Source of the DNA: Tubiluchus corallicola
Lineage: Eukaryota; Animalia; Priapulida
Direction of reading: 5' to 3'
Length of the DNA stretch: 53,826 nucleotides
Assembly (NCBI GenBank): GCA_030141605.1
Contig: JAQGDQ010001227.1
Coordinates: 1-53,826 of the forward strand
The position numbers and the translations under genes are program-made. Numbering within the stretch: the stretch's first letter is position 1; each line of letters starts with the position of its first letter. The notes beneath the pieces were generated by a model. It made no database searches. It saw nothing but the letters and a program-made list of their open reading frames with translations, and was not told where the DNA came from. Below, piece after piece: positions 40,343 to 52,020 of this stretch.

Positions 40343-40880
40343 TATAGGTTTTACATGTCAAATGTAGACCTGCGTTAACTCAAATGTAGATTTAGGTAAT
40401 TCAAATGTGTCTTGGTAACTGAAATGTAGATTTAGGTAGTTCAAATGTGTCTTGGTAACTCAAATGTAGACTTAGGTAGTTCAAATGTGTTAACAATGAT
40501 TTTCAACAAATCTTGAGCGCTTTTGGTAAGTCAAATTTAGACACATGTCAAGTCAAGTGTGACATTGGTATCTCAAATGTGGACAGGTGGTAAAGTTTAA
40601 GGATGTTAAATTTAATCTTCTTTAATTTCAATTTAATAATTGCTCCTAAGTTAAAATAACAACATAATAACTAATAGATGCACTATCTTTGGTTTATCTT
40701 TTTCTAATTTGCACTTAAATAAGTTAATTACCGATTTATTCAAAGTAATGCATCTACATTTGACTTACCTAAGTCACATTTGAGTTACCAAAACACATTC
40801 GAAATTCCTATGTCTACATTTGACTTACCTAAGTCACATTTGAACTTTCCTGTGTCTACATTTGACGTGTAAAACCTATA
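40343..40880. mobile_element. Foldback-like MITE with subterminal repeats (partial copy at 2839-3120)
   Basis: TATAGGTTTTACATGTCAAATGTAGAC...GTCTACATTTGACGTGTAAAACCTATA with repeated TCAAATGT units in both arms. Confidence 0.7.
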
Positions 40881-41241
40881 GAACAGAATAAAGAAAACTT
40901 TTGGTCAACACATTAAACTGGTGTTTTGCATCCATTTCATATTATAACAAGGTGCATTCATATCTATGCAAATATAAACTTGTTGCTTTGCTAAAAATCT
41001 GGGCTTTAACGGAGGTTGACATTATGGGGGGGGACGGCTATAACAAGATTTTACTAATAATAACAACCTCTATGACGACCACAACAGCAACAACAACAAC
41101 AAAACAGCAACTGAAGCAACAATGACAACAAAACACCAGCAGCAGCAGCAGCAACAACAACAAAAGCAATGTTCATAATTTGTGGTCTTCTAGCAGTCTC
41201 TATTCAACACAAGTTCAAAGCATGCTAAAATGTCAAATTTA

Positions 41242-42050
41242 ATACAGTTTATATACTGCGTATATACAGTTTATATACTGCGTATATACAGTTTATATAC
41301 TGCGTATATACAGTTTATATACTGCTTATATACAGTTTATGTACTGCTTATATACAGTTTATATACTGCTTATATACAGTTTTATGTGCAGGTTTTATAC
41401 AATTTGTACAGCTTATATACAACTTATTACAGCTTATATACAACTTATTACAGCTTATATACTGCTTATATACAACTTATGTACAGCTTATATACAACTT
41501 ATTACAGCTTATATACTGCTTATATACAACTTATGTACAGCTTATATACAACTTATTACAGCTTATATACAGCTTATATACAACTTATGTACAGCTTATA
41601 TACTGCTTATATACAGCTTATATACAGTTTATGTACAGTTTATATACAGCTTATATACAGTTTTATGTGCAGGTTTTATACAATTTGTACTGCTTATATA
41701 CAACTTATGTACAGCTTATATACAACTTATTACAACTTATATACTGCTTATATACAACTTATGTACAGCTTATATACAACTTATGTACAGCTTATATACA
41801 ACTTATTACAGCTTATATACTGCTTATATACAACTTATGTACAGCTTATATACAACTTATTACAGCTTATATACAGCTTATATACAACTTATGTACAGCT
41901 TATATACTGCTTATATACAGCTTATATACAGTTTATGTACAGTTTATATACAGCTTATATACAGTTTTATGTGCAGGTTTTATACAATTTGTACTGCTTA
42001 TATACAATTTATGTACAGCTTATATACAGTTTATGTGCTGGTTTTATACA
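41242..42050. repeat. Complex AT-rich tandem repeat
   Basis: TACAGCTTATA-type subunits. Confidence 0.9.
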
Positions 42051-42532
42051 GTCTGGCATTTTGCAACACAGCACCCAGGACATGTTGATAACTGCACCAG
42101 GCTGTGAATTTGTCTCATTATGAAGGCTAATGCTCTAAAATGATATACTTAATAAGATCCTAGGCACATTTCGTTTCTCATGCGCCCCTTTTCTTCGACC
42201 TTCTTTCTCTTTTACTGTACTAATTTTTAGATATCTGCATTAATTCTTGCAACAAACCCGGATGAAGGCATGAAGTTGGTTTGCACATGCACCTTGTCAA
42301 CGTAATATTGTTATTATGAAATGTTTGTAAATAAGCTGATGTATGTTTGTGCAAATCAGCCAAATCAAAAATTTATGTCTAAATCTAAATCCTCTGACTG
42401 TAATTTCCTTACCTGTAATTTTATTAGCTACATTTGTTAGTCTAATTTACCAGTTTAAATTTAAATTTTAATTTAAATTGGTTTAATTTACCAGTTTTAA
42501 ACATTTAAACAGTGCGAGGGTTAGGTAGTAAG

Positions 42533-43408
42533 ACTACTTTTTGAAAAGTACACTACCATGGTGAAACTACTTTTTGAAAAGTACATTACTTTGGTGAAAC
42601 TACTTTTGAAAAGTACACTACCTTGGTAAAACTACTTTTTGAAAAGTACATCACCTTGGTGAAACTACTTTTTGAAAAGTACACTACCTTGGTGAAACTA
42701 CTTTTTGAAAAGTACACTACCTTGGTGAAACTACTTTTTGAAAAGTACACTACCTTGGTGAAACTACACTACCTTGGTGAAACTACTTTTTGAAAAGTAC
42801 ACTACCTTGGTGAAATTACTTTTTGAAAAGTACACTACCTTGGTGAAACTACTTTTTGAAAAGTACACTACCTTGGTGAAACTACACTACATTGGTGAAA
42901 CTACTTTTTGAAAAGTACACTACCTTGGTGAAACTACTTTTTGAAAAGTACACTACCTTGGTGAAACTACACTACCTTGGTGAAACTACTTTTTGAAAAG
43001 TACACTACCTTGGTGAAACTACTTTTTGAAAAGTACACTACCTTGGTGAAACTACTTTTTGAAAAGTACACTACCTTGGTGAAACTACACTACCTTGGTG
43101 AAACTACTTTTTGAAAAGTACATTACCTTGCTGAAACTACTTTTTGAAAAGTACATTACCTTGGTGAAACTACTTTTTGAAAAGTACACTACCTTGGTGA
43201 AACTACACTACCTTGGTGAAACTACTTTTTGAAAAGTACACTACCTTGGTGAAACTACTTTTTGAAAAGTACATTACCTTGGTGAAACTACTTTTTGAAA
43301 AGTACACTACCTTGCTGAAACTACTTTTTGAAAAGTACATTACCTTGGTGAAACTACTTTTTGAAAAGTACACTACCTTGGTGAAACTACTTTTTGAAAA
43401 GTACCTTG
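42533..43408. repeat. 33-bp minisatellite (with 20-bp deletion variants) abutting an exon donor
   Basis: GAAACTACTTTTTGAAAAGTACACTACCTTGGT units. Confidence 0.95.
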
Positions 43409-43409
43409 C

Positions 43410-43495
43410 CTTGTAGTGAGCCTCCTTCCACGTAATAGTAAAGTAATCGGTTGATTGAGACTGGACGACTGGTTTTTCTATTAAATAAGGAAAAG
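43410..43495 (-). CDS. Gene A exon: fibronectin type III domain, N-part
   Basis: Long polypyrimidine tract plus tttcag acceptor. SFPYLIEKPVVQSQSTDYFTITWKEAHYK has the FN3 P..V..S...I.W pattern. The donor is AAG|gcaagg (phase 0) or AG|gtactt 5 nt further. Confidence 0.7.
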
Positions 43496-43802
43496 CTGAA
43501 AGAAATACAGAAACAGAAAAAAGCTAAACAATCTTCTAAAGCAATAAGGAAAGTCTCTCGGAAACTTGAATTATGAATTTATTCCACAACAACTCAAACA
43601 TACATACAAATTTATACTACATTGAAAAAAATAAACTATGAGAGTTACTGTGAGAAGGAGGAAGGAACATTGAGCTTTCGAGTCCTCCTCCAGATAAGTG
43701 AAACAATTGACAATTAACGTTACATTTTCATCAGTTATAACGTGCATTAGAACAAAATAAGTTTTGCTAGTAACTTAAGATCAGGATGAGTAAAATTGTG
43801 AG

Positions 43803-43970
43803 TTAATTATACCGTTGTAGTAGGTAATTCTTTGATGCTTTTTTAAATTGATAAATATTAAGAGTTTTCATTTCACATGGAATTGATGACCATATTTTAA
43901 TAGCATTATATTTTGATGACTGTTTCATTATATTCGTTTTTGGAAGAGGGAGTACATAGTTTCTTTTTTT
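43803..43970 (-). mobile_element. CR1/L2-group LINE ORF2 3' fragment
   Basis: RNYVLPLPKTNIMKQSSKYNAIKIWSSIPCEMKTLNIYQFKKASKNYLL is a typical C-terminal motif. Confidence 0.7.
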
Positions 43971-44152
43971 AGGTACAAAAGTTTGCGCGTTATACTCGAA
44001 TAAATACGATATTTTATAATTCAATTTTTTTCGTTTTAAAAGACTTTAGCTGTTCTAAAGAAACGCATGAACATTTTACTTTACAAGACATTTTGTAGAA
44101 TTAGTTTTTTAAATGCATTGGCCTCTAGCCTAGGCTTTATCGCTCCTTAATT

Positions 44153-44634
44153 CAGGGGTGTGCAAATTGCGGCCCGACGAGAGAATTTGTGCGGCCCACG
44201 AAGAGATTTGCCAACCTAATGAAAGTGCAGCCCGGGTGATTAATTGAGTGTATCCAGCTGAAGTCCGTGCCACGATCCCAAAGATAGTGCGGTTAGTGTT
44301 TTCTACTAGATCGGATGTCATAAACCCTTACAAGATGGTTGTAGCTTAATGTCACTGTACTACACAGACTGTGTGATACACATTACTAATTTGCATTGTA
44401 ATGAAATTACCACTATCTGTAACAAAAGTAGAAATATATGGTTTGTAATATACATTTTAACAACTTCTAAAATAATTTCTTGAGTGTAGTAGTAATGATG
44501 TACGCAGGTCGGATGCAAAAAAATCGTTATTAGGCCTTTCTGTACTTGGCTCCTTGATCAAACTGCCTGTGGCACACAGCAATTGCGGGAAAGTTTAATG
44601 TGGCCCGGCTAGTCAGATAATTTGCACAACCCTG
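44153..44634. mobile_element. hAT MITE, same family as 728-1227
   Basis: High identity to 728-1227. TSD CCTTAATT/GCTTAATT. Confidence 0.8.
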
Positions 44635-44704
44635 GCTTAATTCAATAATCAGTAATGACCCAGGAATATATAACAAAACTCAAGACTCAGTCAAATGCAC
44701 TTAC

Positions 44705-44911
44705 ACGTGTTTCGTATATACATGTTGTAATAATCTGTTCCTCCACAGGTGGCGTAGTTGTGCCTGCCGGTAAACGATCCTGCACAAGCCGTGTTGCAGT
44801 GATGAGACGGAACGGGCCGGACTATTGAAATGAATGTTACATTGTTGAAGACGTTTTTTTCTGCGCACAAACATGTTCTGTAATCAGTCAAAGCTGCCAT
44901 CGAATATCTGT
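44705..44911 (-). CDS. Gene A exon: WSC domain 3, C-half
   Basis: atattttag acceptor and T|gtaagt donor, 207 nt, phase 1-1. DRYSMAALTDYRTCLCA...HCNTACAG...TCGGTDYYNMY completes the WSC begun in the previous exon. Confidence 0.8.
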
Positions 44912-44954
44912 CTAAAATATAAGGAAATATTTATTAATAAAATGATAAAACAAA

Positions 44955-45404
44955 GTCTGATCACCGAAGTTAAGCAGCATAGAGCCTGGTTAGTGCTTGG
45001 ATGGGTGACCGCCTAGCAATACCAGGTGCTGTAGGCTTGAGGGACGCCCACACTGTATCTCTACACTAGGTGGAGGAGCTGTACAAGCAGCCAACGGCTA
45101 GAGGGGCAGCTTCCAAATGTGTAGAGGAGTAAACCTTCCAAATCAGGAGTGGAGCCCCGAAGGCGGACCAGTGCAGCATGCTCACTGACTCCAGCAGCTC
45201 CTGCAGCCAACCTGGTGCCAAACGTGTCGCTCCGCTTTCTTTTGGACTTCACCAGCGAGGAAGAGAGGGGGTTCCTGCAGTTTGGGCAACTCAGGATCTC
45301 CATACACCTTGCCCAGGCAGGCGTCCTGGAGACGTTCAAGGATCGGACTCTCTTGGCGCACATTCCATTGTCTTCCGAGACAGAAGGATGCCAACAGTTA
45401 TGTA
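44955..45404 (+). mobile_element. 5S rRNA-derived SINE (SINE3-like), 5'-truncated
   Basis: 44955-45038 matches the 3' two-thirds of 5S rRNA (..GAAGTTAAGCAG..GCCTGGTTAGTGCTTGGATGGGTGACCGCC..ACCAGGTGCTGTAGGCTT), followed by a GC-rich body. TSD ATAAAACAAA at 44945-44954 and 45405-45414. Confidence 0.75.
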
Positions 45405-45512
45405 ATAAAACAAACTTCATGTAATATATCAGCTCATATGCAAAAGAAAAATACTTACTCAAGCTATAAATAATTAATAAGGACATTATATTACTTCTTA
45501 CCAATACAAATA

Positions 45513-45938
45513 CACTCGTATCTCGGTTTACCGTACGTCGCTTTTACGGATATCAAAAAAATCGGACAAAATCTGTTTCGTTAAAGCATTCCGCATACTA
45601 CTGACATAGTCCATTGTTTCGCGAGCTGACCGCTAGTTGGCGGGCCGTCACCTTGTTTACATCGAAACAGCATATAACGACACGTGTGTAGCTTGTCTGT
45701 CAGCGTCTGTAAGCGGTTTCAAGTCAATTATGCAGAGTTGTTTGAGTCAATTGCCGACAGTTTTTATATACTTTTGCATAGGAGCGGGTCGTACTAGACG
45801 TTTTTGAGACATTTAGGCGACTGATTTTACGTTACAGTGAGTCTAATACACAGCACCTACTACATTAGCTTACCATCGAAAAATATGGACGATCGGCAAA
45901 TTCGGACCGCTTTTGTCCGGCAAACCGAGATATGAGTG
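45513..45938. mobile_element. pogo-like MITE
   Basis: CACTCGTATCTCGGTTT...AAACCGAGATATGAGTG inverted termini. Confidence 0.65.
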
Positions 45939-47072
45939 TTGGCTAACTAGGGTGTAGTCCAGGATGCCAGATTCCAGCAACACAGCATTAAAAAAAATCT
46001 TCGACAACTCCACTGTCAAAATTTTTTATGCCAAATTACTAGCCTAGAAATGGACTTTTGCTAATAATGCGACAACACTTTATGAATCACAATCATGGTG
46101 ACTATTATGTCTATAAAATGGCAATAATTTAAGTCTTCTAAATAACATTGTGTAGGATAAAAAATATATGACAAAAAATGTGAAACCATGTGGCTAATGA
46201 GTTTATTTACTGATATACAAAAGTAAATAGGATTGTAAACTTGTCAAGTAAAAGATCAGATGATAAAATCAATGCGGGAAATCTTTACTGTCAATACAAC
46301 CTAATCTATACATCCCGACAAACATTTTAGCCTAAATTTTTACACGAATAACCACACATTTACATAATTTTACTTGATGTGCAAACAGAAAAACTAATCA
46401 AAATTGCTCATCATCATTAATCACAAAATTTTTATAAATGTTAGAAAATAGCATAAAAAACTGGGTTACAAATGCTGGTAACTTTAAACTGTGGTCAGTA
46501 GTTAATTCCATGCTCTGATTAAAATAAGAGACGTTGTATTTTACAAAATTCAAAAATTCAAATACAAAAATCAAAATGCAAAATAAGAAATAGAAAATTT
46601 CATTTACCGGTTGTTAAAAAATGTCTGTTGAAGCCATATTGCAATATTTCATAATTTGTATCCCACTTCTGACACCAGTGTAACGGATCCGGGTTCCAGC
46701 GTGGATCCGTCTCAGGATGTATAGAGTGGCATACAAGTTATGAAATACTTCACAGCAGACGAGAAAAGTAAAAAGAATACGAATGTAAAATAAACTTTAA
46801 TGCACAACCAGTAGCTCCATGACATGTCAACAAACTTTGCCATAAAAATCAGCAAGCCTACAGCATTCACCTTTACAGACAGAAAGGCCAGGTTGGAATG
46901 TCAAATTAGGCATGCATTCTGTTTTATACAGGTACATTTGCATTACTGGGCTTCTCGACCATACCCATTACTAACATTAGGGGGTTGGTCATAATCTGCC
47001 TTCGTAACAATATGTTTAAACTAAAATACAAAACAGAACGAAAGCATACAAAATTGCAGAAAGTTTGCTTAC

Positions 47073-47204
47073 CATGCTGTAAAAAGCAGTAAAATGAACA
47101 CATTCTTGGGGACATGCTCAATAGTTGAAGTTTCGATGAGTCATTTAGGAACTTATCAAAATTGGCAGCCCAAAAACAGCCTTTATGCTGGCCAATAATA
47201 GGTA
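47073..47204 (-). CDS. Gene A exon: WSC domain 3, N-half
   Basis: tttttcag acceptor and G|gtaagc donor, 132 nt, phase 1-1. PIIGQHKGCFW...SMSPRMCSFYCFLQH. Confidence 0.8.
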
Positions 47205-47315
47205 CTGAAAAAAATGCAAGCAAAATAGATTATTGCAAACGTTTCTGCTCGAATGTCAGATGAAATATTTCATTGAAAATGTGACTGAGGGGGGTAGTGT
47301 AAATAAAGTCTTGAA

Positions 47316-47739
47316 CCCTTTCAGTCCCAAATTACTTTTTTAATAAGAAAAATTTTTTTGGTTGGTACTTTTGTTCAGTATGTCCATCTTGTTTACATAT
47401 AATAATTATTTTTCTACCTGTGCCCGCGTGCTAAATATAGCCTGTATCCCACGGGATACATTGGGATTCAATGGAAGCATAAAATGTGCTTCATTTTGCA
47501 ACTGCTGATAATTTTTTAAAGTATTTAAGACATTTAGTATGCATGCTATGCTAATCTGTACAAAGTCGTCTCTAAAGTACTGTACCTTGCGCAGTTTTTT
47601 ATGTTAGTAGATTTTCTAGTTTGCCATTTTATCACCATTTTAGTCTATTGTTATTGGCTTAAATCAAAATAACTATTTTATTAATTTTAAAGGCAGAAAA
47701 TGTTCTCGTATCCCACGGAATATAGCGGGTATGAAAGGG
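47316..47739. mobile_element. piggyBac-like MITE
   Basis: (TGAA)CCCTTTCA...TGAAAGGG(TTAA). Confidence 0.55.
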
Positions 47740-48127
47740 TTAAGCTCTTTTGTCATGACTTTTCTCATCCTGTACAGTTGGCCAGAGTTTATCAGCTCTC
47801 GCTGTTTCCCAGGTTTTCAAAAATATTAATGTGAAATATTTATCGCGTCGCTGTATCGAGGGTTGTTACCTAATCTAAAGTATTTTTGCACATGCGTAGT
47901 ACGTACAGTAATGTACAGATTTGATGAATTTTGCATAAGAAATCACTAAATGTATAAAAATATATTAAAAATATTAATTTTAACATTGAAAGACTATTAT
48001 GAATCATAAAGAATTACCATTTACAATAAATAGTGTATTTATTCAGCGGATGAATACACACCAAAAAAATGTAGTTACTTGCGCCCGCTTGAGATGGTAC
48101 TTGCCGACGTGAGACTGTACACAACAC

Positions 48128-48436
48128 ACCTGTGACTTTTTTACCTGTGACTCTTTTACCTGTGACCTTTTATCTGTGACTTTTCTTAACTGTAACTCGT
48201 TTACCTGTTATTTTTTACTTGTGACTTTTTTACCTGTTATTTTTTTACCTGTGGCTTTCTTACCTGTGACTTTATTAGTGACTTTTTTACCTGTGACTGT
48301 TTTAAGTGACTGTTTTACCTGCGGCTTTTTTATCTGTCACTTTTTCTGACTTTTTTACCTGTGACTGTTTTACCTGTGGCTTTTTTACATGTGGCTTTGT
48401 TACCTGTGGCTTTCTTACCTGTGACTTTTTTACTTG
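48128..48436. repeat. Degenerate ~15-bp repeat (TTTTACCTGTGAC)
   Basis: Direct reading. Confidence 0.8.
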
Positions 48437-48484
48437 AATTCATTGTTATCAAGGTATGACATATTCAAAAACCCATGTATTTAC

Positions 48485-48874
48485 TTGTAGAAGGATGAAC
48501 TTGCATAGCATTCTGCCCGCCGCACGTTTGGCACTGTGTCTCATCGACAAACCATCCATCACTGCGTTCATTCAAGCGCTTGTACTCGCAAGTCTTGTAG
48601 TAGCGAGTACACATCCGATTGCAAGAGTTATTCGCTGGACCGCCACTTCCGTATTTATAATGACAAGAGCATTCGATTCCGACCCTATTGCTCGTCAGGC
48701 CCACGTACGGGTAGCTCCGGTTTCCACAGAAATGTTTGCAATCGTTTAACACTTGAGAACCACTGCCGTAGTGGCGCCACGCGACGTAGGAGGTATCGTC
48801 CAGCGGATCGACGAGAATCTTGTCTCCTTCTGATACCTCCCAGCATCCCAAATTGTCTGACTGCACATCAAAAT
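48485..48874 (-). CDS. Gene A exon: WSC domain 2
   Basis: ctctttcag acceptor and A|gtaaat donor, 390 nt, phase 1-1. NLGCW...DCKHFCGNRSYPYVGL...ECSCH...SCNRMC...QTCGGQNAMQVH. Confidence 0.85.
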
Positions 48875-50032
48875 CTGAAAGAGAAGAAACACTAGATGAG
48901 AGAAGAAACGCTAGACTCTTTATGAAAACCAATATAAAATTGGTCTTTGAAATGCGATAACCAAAGAGGTTATGCTAGGTGCGAGCACATGTCTTTAAGT
49001 TGTACTGAAGTATATCGCTAAGCAGCGGCTGACCAGCAAGTGGCACCTGGCATTTGTTAGTAGATGTAGTTTGTACTAGAGAGAAAAGAATTATATAAGA
49101 AATGAGAAAAGGGAGAGTTAGGTGGGTCAGTAAGAACAGGACAGCGATAAAAAACAGTTTGGAGAAAGAGGCTCATTGGAGTATGTTTTAGATATTATAG
49201 TTTTAGTTTTTCTAGAGGTGATTATGTTCTTATTTTTGCAGGATTGTAATTAATAATTATAAAATAGTTTGTGTTAATGGAGAGAAATTTTGTATACATA
49301 TAGTTATATATATATAGTTAATATTTTGCAATGATTATGTTACAAAAGGAGTAAGGAGAACACAAAGACAAATACAATTACAGGTTTTTGGAGTCCTCAA
49401 GAGGAACTGGAGAGTCGAATTTCGGCTGCTACTCCTGTACAACACACAAGAGCCTCCTGTACAACACACTTCAAGAATGATATTGAGTAATGCAAATACG
49501 TTAGGTTTAGATAACACAGAGTAAAATTTGAAAAACTAACCACGGCATTCGTAGCGCACACGTTACTAACTAAGTAAAATAATAAATTATTGTATCTTGT
49601 CAATAAGGTTAAAATTATGTTTTTTGATTAGTGAGTGGTGCACCCTGGAGGTGAGTCAGCGACATTTTGCCCATTTGATGAAAACATTTTCAATAATTAA
49701 TAATTTTCTTTTCTAGATGCCTAAATCTTTCAAGCAGGTAAGTGAAATGCTCAGTAATATAGATTTGCATGGAGTTTTTTTAGACATAGCATAACATTTC
49801 CTTTTCTTCCCCTGATGTAGAAGTTGGAATTGTACATTTTAATTAGGTGCTGCCATCTATGAGCTAATTCTGTTACATTCTACCAGCCAACTTACCCCCA
49901 GTATAAATGTTTGGTCCAGTGAATGCATATTCACTGGTTCTCTCCCTATTTTAAAGTAATGGTTGTTGTGAAGCCTGAGCGTCTGCATAGGTCACCTATA
50001 CCTATATATACTGACTGGTTTTACTTTCTAGT

Positions 50033-50422
50033 CACTCTCTCACTCTCACTCTCAGTGTTCAGTGCAGGAGACTCACACTGTCACTCTCAGTGTTCAGTGC
50101 AGGAGCCTCTCTCACTCTCAGTGTTCAGTGCAGGAGACTCTCACACTCTCACTCTCAGTGTTCAGTGCAGGAGACTCTCACACTCTCACTCTCAGTGTTC
50201 AGTACAGGAGCCTCTCTCACTCTCAGTGTTCAGTGCAGGAGCCTCTCTCACTCTCAGTGTTCAGTGCAGGAGACTCTCACTCTCAGTGTTCAGTGCAGGA
50301 GACTCTCACACTCTCACTCTCAGTGTTCAGTACAGGAGACTCTCACTCTCAGTGTTCAGTACAGGAGACTCTCACTCTCAGTGTTCAGTGCAGGAGACTC
50401 TCACTCTCAGTGTTCAGTGCAG
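50033..50422. repeat. Tandem repeat (CTCTCACTCTCAGTGTTCAGTGCAGGAGA)
   Basis: Direct reading. Confidence 0.9.
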
Positions 50423-51180
50423 CAGTCGTGCTGCTCATGTGTCTGTAGTTTTAATAAACACTTTTCTGTTTTGTTCAGTGCAAATATGTATTATAGATTT
50501 TTTATTCTTGTTCATACTTCTGTGCCTAAACTCAATCATAACAAAGTGAGTGATCTACAACTTCAAACATGACTTTCACACATGATTTACGTTGTGCGTA
50601 TATGATGCCATGTGATGGTGCGGTCAGAATAGTATTGCGACAGATTTAAAATTAAGACAAACAAAATATCATCTCATCAATGCGAGTGAAATACATAGAT
50701 ATAATTGCTATAAAGTGATATCATTTTTTAAGCCAATTTTTCTGAAGCCTCTTTTATCTACCCTTAGATGGTGCGTCTTTTATCTACCCTTTTCTTTGTC
50801 CTTTAACATATTTCAATTTTGTTCATCGCCGATCGTGCAGCTAAATTCATGAAACTCATTATAAATAGCTGTGCACAAATTAGAACTGGGAAAATTTGTT
50901 AACTAAACGAAGCAGTATTGGGTTCGTTACTTTTTGAAAAGTAATCTGTTGTGACTGCTAATTACTTTATAAAAACTGTAATCAAATTACTTATTACTGA
51001 TTACTTTTAGCAAAGGTAATCCTTTATTGATCACTCATTACTTCTGTGAGGCTTCAGTGAAAAGTGTGCAGCTATCTGAAAAGTTCAGTGAAATCAGAGC
51101 ATGCCTAAATCTATCTGAGGCTAAATCTAATCTGTCTTAACCATATTAACTTAACAGGCTAACAAGGCTATAGTCTAGGC

Positions 51181-51478
51181 CAGGGGGGTGCAAATTATCT
51201 GACTAGCCGGGCCACATTAAACTTTCCCACCATTCCTGCGGGCCACAGGCAGTTTGGTCAGCCAAGTACAGAAAGGCCTAATAACGATTTTTTTTGCATT
51301 CGACCTGAGTACATCATTACTACTATACTCAAGAAACTATTTTAGAAGTTATTAAAATTTATATTACAAACCATATATTTCTACTTTCAGGACAGATAGT
51401 GGTAATTTCATGACAATGCATATTAGTAATGTGTATCACACAGTCTGTGTAGTACAGTGACATTAAGCTGCAACCAAG
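51181..51478 (-). mobile_element. Truncated inverted copy of the same hAT MITE
   Basis: Reverse complement of ~927-1227. Confidence 0.75.
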
Positions 51479-51683
51479 TGGGGATACTTCCCCGGGGCCT
51501 CCCGCCAAGGTAACATGTTTTTGCTTTATGCGAACATACTGCCTCCTCTCTCCCTCTCTCTCTCTTGACAGGTGAAATAGGCGGTGCGTGTTACTATGCA
51601 ACACTGTGAACAATGTAACACAAAGGAATACGAATATTTAAACAATAACTATAGATTAACACTGCTTGTGCAAGAAAACTTAC

Positions 51684-51989
51684 TTTCAGTATAATACACA
51701 GCAGCTGCCATATGAACTCCACCACACATCTCGGCTAAACCACCGCTAACCGACGGACACGGCCTGCAGTTGGAAGAAAAGTTGAAAAATGGATATTCGT
51801 TGCCGCACTGACATCTGTCCGTAACGGACGTATTATACAAGCTGGCAAAAACGGCAGAAGCAAAGTAGAACCCTTTCTTACGGCATTCAGTTCTGCATTG
51901 TAATGGAATTGAAAGAGAAGCGTCGACATAGAAGGGTTTGGGCACTTCTACAAGCCAAAAACATCCCTGATAGAACCAGATGTCTGATG
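51684..51989 (-). CDS. Gene A exon: WSC domain 1 (first in-window exon)
   Basis: ttattacag acceptor and A|gtaagt donor, 306 nt, phase 1-1. Translation SDIWFYQGCFW...QCRTECRKKGFYFA...CQCGN...CRPCP...MCGG...AVYYTE fits the 8-Cys WSC pattern (YxGC..C..C..CxCG..C..C..CGG..VY). Confidence 0.85.
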
Positions 51990-52020
51990 CTGTAATAAGA
52001 AAGAGTTTTTAGGAGTGGAA

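Noticed and set aside
44955-45038. Functional 5S rRNA gene
   Set aside because: The 5' third is missing, there is no oligo-T terminator, and it is embedded in a TSD-flanked element.
46608-46737. Extra gene A exon (LVCHSIHPETDPRW...)
   Set aside because: No phase-compatible acceptor without a stop, and it would interrupt WSC3. It is better explained by the hairpin/PBS relic.
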